DNA of 64,000 nucleotides from Candidatus Aminicenantes bacterium (GTDB lineage Bacteria; Acidobacteriota; Aminicenantia; Aminicenantales; JAFGBC01): NCBI GenBank assembly GCA_963702005.1, contig OY969696.1, positions 2,408,172 to 2,472,171 of the forward strand, read 5' to 3'. Shown piece by piece: positions 61,495 to 64,000 of this stretch (position 1 is its first letter; each line of letters starts with the position of its first letter). The notes under the pieces were generated by a model. It saw only the letters and a program-made list of their open reading frames with translations, ran no database searches and was not told where the DNA came from. The position numbers and the translations under genes were made by a program.

Positions 61495-61776
61495 ATGAGG
61501 GCCAGAGTCCATGTCTTGGTGTCCGGGCGCGTCCAGGGCGTCTTCTTCCGGGGTTATGCCGAGCGGTGGGGCTCCTCGCTCGGGCTGACGGGATGGGTCC
61601 GAAATCTCTGGGACCGTCGGATCGAAATCGTGGCCGAGGGGGAGAAGCCCGGGCTGGAACAGCTTCTCGATCGCCTCCGGATTGGCCCGCCTTCGGCCCG
61701 CGTCGAGGGCCTCGAGGTCCACTGGGAGGAGCCGCGCGACGAGTTCTCGGACTTCCGGATCGTCCATTCGCATTAG
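61495..61776 (+). CDS. acyP: Acylphosphatase.
   Basis: The 93-aa protein carries VHVLVSGRVQGVFFRGYAERWGSSLGLTGWVRNL..., the classic acylphosphatase signature (V.G.VQGV.FR). Its start is in-frame within the listed ORF 61435-61776. Confidence 0.8.
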   Translation: MRARVHVLVSGRVQGVFFRGYAERWGSSLGLTGWVRNLWDRRIEIVAEGEKPGLEQLLDRLRIGPPSARVEGLEVHWEEPRDEFSDFRIVHSH

Positions 61777-62045
61777 CGAGCGGGACCCCTTCCGGCCTTG
61801 GCTTTATTCCGGCATTCCTGGGAGCAAAAGAAGCATTCCCGGCCGTCGACGACGTCTCGGATGGCCTCCTCGCGGGGGAGGAAGGTCCCGCAGACATCGT
61901 CCTTGACCAGGGTCCCGAGTCCGGAGGGAGGGGAGCGGGGAGGTTCCTTGCGAGATCCGGACCCGACCAGTCCTTGAACGGCCGAATAGATGATATAGGC
62001 GAGGATCCCGTAGATGAGAAGCCTGAGAATCCCTGCCAGGAACAT
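61773..62045 (-). CDS. Small (90 aa) membrane protein with a C-terminal four-Cys zinc-ribbon/TRASH-like motif.
   Basis: N-terminal TM helix (FLAGILRLLIYGILAYIIYSAV) and a C-terminal C-x19-C-x2-C-x3-C (CGTF...ECFFCSQEC). Codon usage fits the window, and it overlaps the acyP stop by 4 nt (convergent). Confidence 0.4.
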   Translation of the reverse strand: MFLAGILRLLIYGILAYIIYSAVQGLVGSGSRKEPPRSPPSGLGTLVKDDVCGTFLPREEAIRDVVDGRECFFCSQECRNKAKAGRGPAR

Positions 62046-62183
62046 AGCATGACTTTAGACGAGGGGGCGCCCTCTGTCAACGGCCCGGAGGCGGCTGACC
62101 CGAGGACTTGATTCGCATCGGGGTTGCCGGTAAGATGACAACGCCGGGCCGAGCGCCGGTATCTTGGACGAAAGGACAGACCC

Positions 62184-63155
62184 ATGAAGCTCGATGCCTT
62201 ATACCGGGACGCCGTCCGGATCGGCATCGCTAACGACCCCCGCGGCAAGGAGGAGATCGACCGCCTCCTGCGCGAGGAGAGAGAGCGGGCCGAGAAGATG
62301 AAGCCGGAGGAGAAGGAGGTCTACGACGACGACCGCTTGTTCAATCCTTTCGCCGACACCCGGATTCTGTTCGGCGAGCCGGGGATGGTCGTCCGGCGCG
62401 CACTGGTTGGGGTCGACATGGAAGTTCCCGAGATCCTGCTCGCCTATCTCCTCAACAGGGACAAAAGCAGGAAGATCGACCTCGTCATCGCCCATCATCC
62501 CGAAGGTCAGGCCCTGGCCCGGCTCCACGAAGTCATGCGGCTTCAGGCTGATATCCTGGCGGCCAGCGGCGTCACGATCTCGATCGCCGAACATCTCCTC
62601 GACAAGCGCATCGGCGAAGTTGAGCGGCGGCTCCTGCCCCTCAACCACGACAGGGCCGTTTCGGCGGCCCGGGCCCTGGGGCTGCCCCTCATCTGCATTC
62701 ACACCCCGGCCGACAACTGCGTCACCCACCATCTCCAGAAGCGCATCGACAAAGACAAGCCCCACCGGCTCAAGGACCTGCTTAAACTCTTTCTTGACAT
62801 TCCAGAGTACAAGGCTTCGGCCCGGCGCCAAGTCGCGCCCCGGATCGTTAACGGCGCGGACTCCAACAGGTGCGGCCGGGTCCTCGTCGACATGACGGGC
62901 GGGACGGAAGGGGCCAAAGAGCTCCTCGACAAATGCGCGGCCGCCGGGACGAGCACGCTCGTCGGCATGCATTTCAGCGAGGAATACCTCGAGCAGGCCA
63001 AGAAGGCCAACATCAACATGGTCATTGCCGGGCATATCGCCAGCGACGCCCTCGGCCTCAATCTCCTCCTCGACGAGATCGAACGGAAAGAACCGCTCGA
63101 CATCATGGGGATCTCGGGATTCGAACGGGTGCGGAGAGGGGCGAAGAAAGGCTGA
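62184..63155 (+). CDS. Nif3-family dinuclear metal center protein (YqfO/YbgI-like).
   Basis: IAHHP and C-terminal GHIASDALG blocks typical of Nif3/DUF34; 323 aa. Confidence 0.65.
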   Translation: MKLDALYRDAVRIGIANDPRGKEEIDRLLREERERAEKMKPEEKEVYDDDRLFNPFADTRILFGEPGMVVRRALVGVDMEVPEILLAYLLNRDKSRKIDLVIAHHPEGQALARLHEVMRLQADILAASGVTISIAEHLLDKRIGEVERRLLPLNHDRAVSAARALGLPLICIHTPADNCVTHHLQKRIDKDKPHRLKDLLKLFLDIPEYKASARRQVAPRIVNGADSNRCGRVLVDMTGGTEGAKELLDKCAAAGTSTLVGMHFSEEYLEQAKKANINMVIAGHIASDALGLNLLLDEIERKEPLDIMGISGFERVRRGAKKG

Positions 63156-63659
63156 TCAGGCCTGCTGGCGGGCCTTGGTCTGAACGAGACGGGCGAAGCT
63201 GCGGGCCTCCTCCAGGTCATGCCGGTCGGGATGGGTGCTGGCTGAGGGGGCCATGTCCGTCCATTCGGCGTGCTCGGGGGACCGCTCCAAGAATTCGATG
63301 GCTTTCAGGGAAAGCTTCCCGCGGCAGGAATAAGTCCCCAGGACCTTGGCCCGGGAGGCCAGGACGACGGCGTACTCGACGGCTTCGCGGGCCAAGCGGT
63401 GTCCGTGGAGGGAGCCGTGGGTCGAGAAGATGGCGATCTTCTTGCCGGCCGGGATCCTTTTCAAAAACAATTCGGCCTTGTAAGGAACGCTGTGGGCGTG
63501 GATGGGAAAGCCGACGAAGATAAGACCGTAATCGTCGATCTCTTGGACTTCGTCGATGGAACGAAGGTCTTTTTCGCCTTGGACCGCCTCGAAGATGGCT
63601 TCGGCCAGCTTTTGGGTGTTGCCCGTGGCGCTGAGGTAGGCGACGAGGGTTTTAGACAT
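63156..63659 (-). CDS. Flavodoxin.
   Basis: Start at MSKTLVAYLSATGNTQKLAEAI (FMN-binding T/S-x-T-G-x-T loop), 167 aa. The listed longer ORF 63156-63911 has a low-complexity Arg/Pro-rich N-terminal extension and is rejected. Confidence 0.75.
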   Translation of the reverse strand: MSKTLVAYLSATGNTQKLAEAIFEAVQGEKDLRSIDEVQEIDDYGLIFVGFPIHAHSVPYKAELFLKRIPAGKKIAIFSTHGSLHGHRLAREAVEYAVVLASRAKVLGTYSCRGKLSLKAIEFLERSPEHAEWTDMAPSASTHPDRHDLEEARSFARLVQTKARQQA

Positions 63660-63670
63660 CGGGACGTTTT

Positions 63671-64000
63671 TCAGAACATGAAGCGGAGGCCGATCTTGAG
63701 GCTGAAGCCGCTGAAGTCGAACTCGCCTTGGCGGACGTTCCGGTAAAGAGTCCCCTCGGGGCGCTCGGTCCGGCCGGCCAGGAGCTGGGTCGCCAGGTCC
63801 GAGCCGAATTCGTCGCTCTCGAAGAAATAAAGGGAGTATTTTCCGCTTGCGGTCTTGCCGGTGTGGTCGCTGTAGATATAAGATCCCTTGAATCCCGACA
63901 TCCGGGTCCAATCCTTCTCGGCCTCGATGCCGACGGCCAGGAAGGGGAGAACCAGGTATTCCGCGGCCAAGGTCCCGTAGCTCCCCAGGGATTCCGAGCG
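63671..64000 (-). CDS. Partial CDS (N-terminus beyond window end): outer-membrane beta-barrel protein C-terminus ending ...GLRFMF.
   Basis: Alternating amphipathic beta-strand pattern and a terminal Phe typical of OMPs. The frame stays open to the window edge. Confidence 0.45.
   Translation of the reverse strand, partial: RSESLGSYGTLAAEYLVLPFLAVGIEAEKDWTRMSGFKGSYIYSDHTGKTASGKYSLYFFESDEFGSDLATQLLAGRTERPEGTLYRNVRQGEFDFSGFSLKIGLRFMF

Noticed and set aside
63660..63911. N-terminal 84-aa Arg/Pro-rich extension of the flavodoxin ORF.
   Set aside because: Low complexity; flavodoxins begin at the FMN-binding loop (MSKTLVAYLSATGNT). It overlaps the convergent OMP gene.
1..64000. CRISPR arrays, tRNA/rRNA genes, integrases/transposases.
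   Set aside because: No short regularly spaced direct repeats, no cloverleaf-compatible conserved tRNA boxes in the intergenic regions, and no recombinase-like ORFs were recognised. The only repeats are the three-copy hairpin-rich family and the single long palindrome.

Overview
This is a 64-kb, high-GC (~65–68%) chromosomal segment from a diderm (Gram-negative) bacterium. It is densely packed with housekeeping and envelope genes on both strands. I can say no more about taxonomy than diderm, high-GC; the tandem MacB-type permeases, LpxI and several near-leaderless promoters fit an Acidobacteriota-like lineage but do not prove it. Gene blocks in order: a partial AlaRS C-terminus or AlaX-L editing gene convergent with ybaK; two tandem MacB/FtsX-type ABC permeases and a small outer-membrane beta-barrel; RluB/RsuA pseudouridine synthase; a Lon-like AAA+ protease; ribH–nusB–lysS–lolC/E–lolD; an outer-membrane/lipid A cluster bamA–skp–fabZ–lpxA–lpxI plus a Gfo/Idh/MocA oxidoreductase; M48 peptidase; a LolA-like lipoprotein; an APC-family amino acid permease; an operon of a D-cysteine desulfhydrase-family enzyme, a 1383-aa secreted protein with a C-terminal M14-like peptidase domain and a sigma-54 activator; GH97; a SpoIID/LytB protein; speE; an SDR-type threonine dehydrogenase-like epimerase; SDR, MFS, amidohydrolase(+CIA30-like) and beta-lactamase-family hydrolase genes; a TPR lipoprotein; htrA; a type IV pilus minor-pilin operon (fimT/gspH-like, pilV, pilW, pilX, and a PilY1-like adhesin with an FG-GAP N-terminus); a lexA–Y-family polymerase–dnaE2 SOS mutagenesis cassette; lysA; a DUF72 gene; threonine dehydratase; an ABC substrate-binding protein; thiD; acyP; a Nif3-family protein; flavodoxin. 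No rRNA, tRNA or CRISPR was seen. The most unusual features are: (i) a three-copy interspersed repeat with conserved termini and deletion-derivative copies, one of which donates a -35 box to a perfect consensus promoter for speE, and another of which abuts an N-terminally truncated epimerase remnant; (ii) the PilY1-like adhesin whose N-terminus is FG-GAP repeats; (iii) an imuA-less lexA–Ypol–dnaE2 cassette with a GTTC-N4-GAAC palindrome at the lexA promoter; (iv) the 1383-aa M14-domain protein apparently co-transcribed with a sigma-54 activator; (v) several strong -10 elements 6–9 nt from start codons, implying leaderless mRNAs; (vi) a 20-bp perfect inverted repeat and an AT-rich intergenic island. 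Many long antisense ORFs in the six-frame track are high-GC shadow ORFs and are not called.
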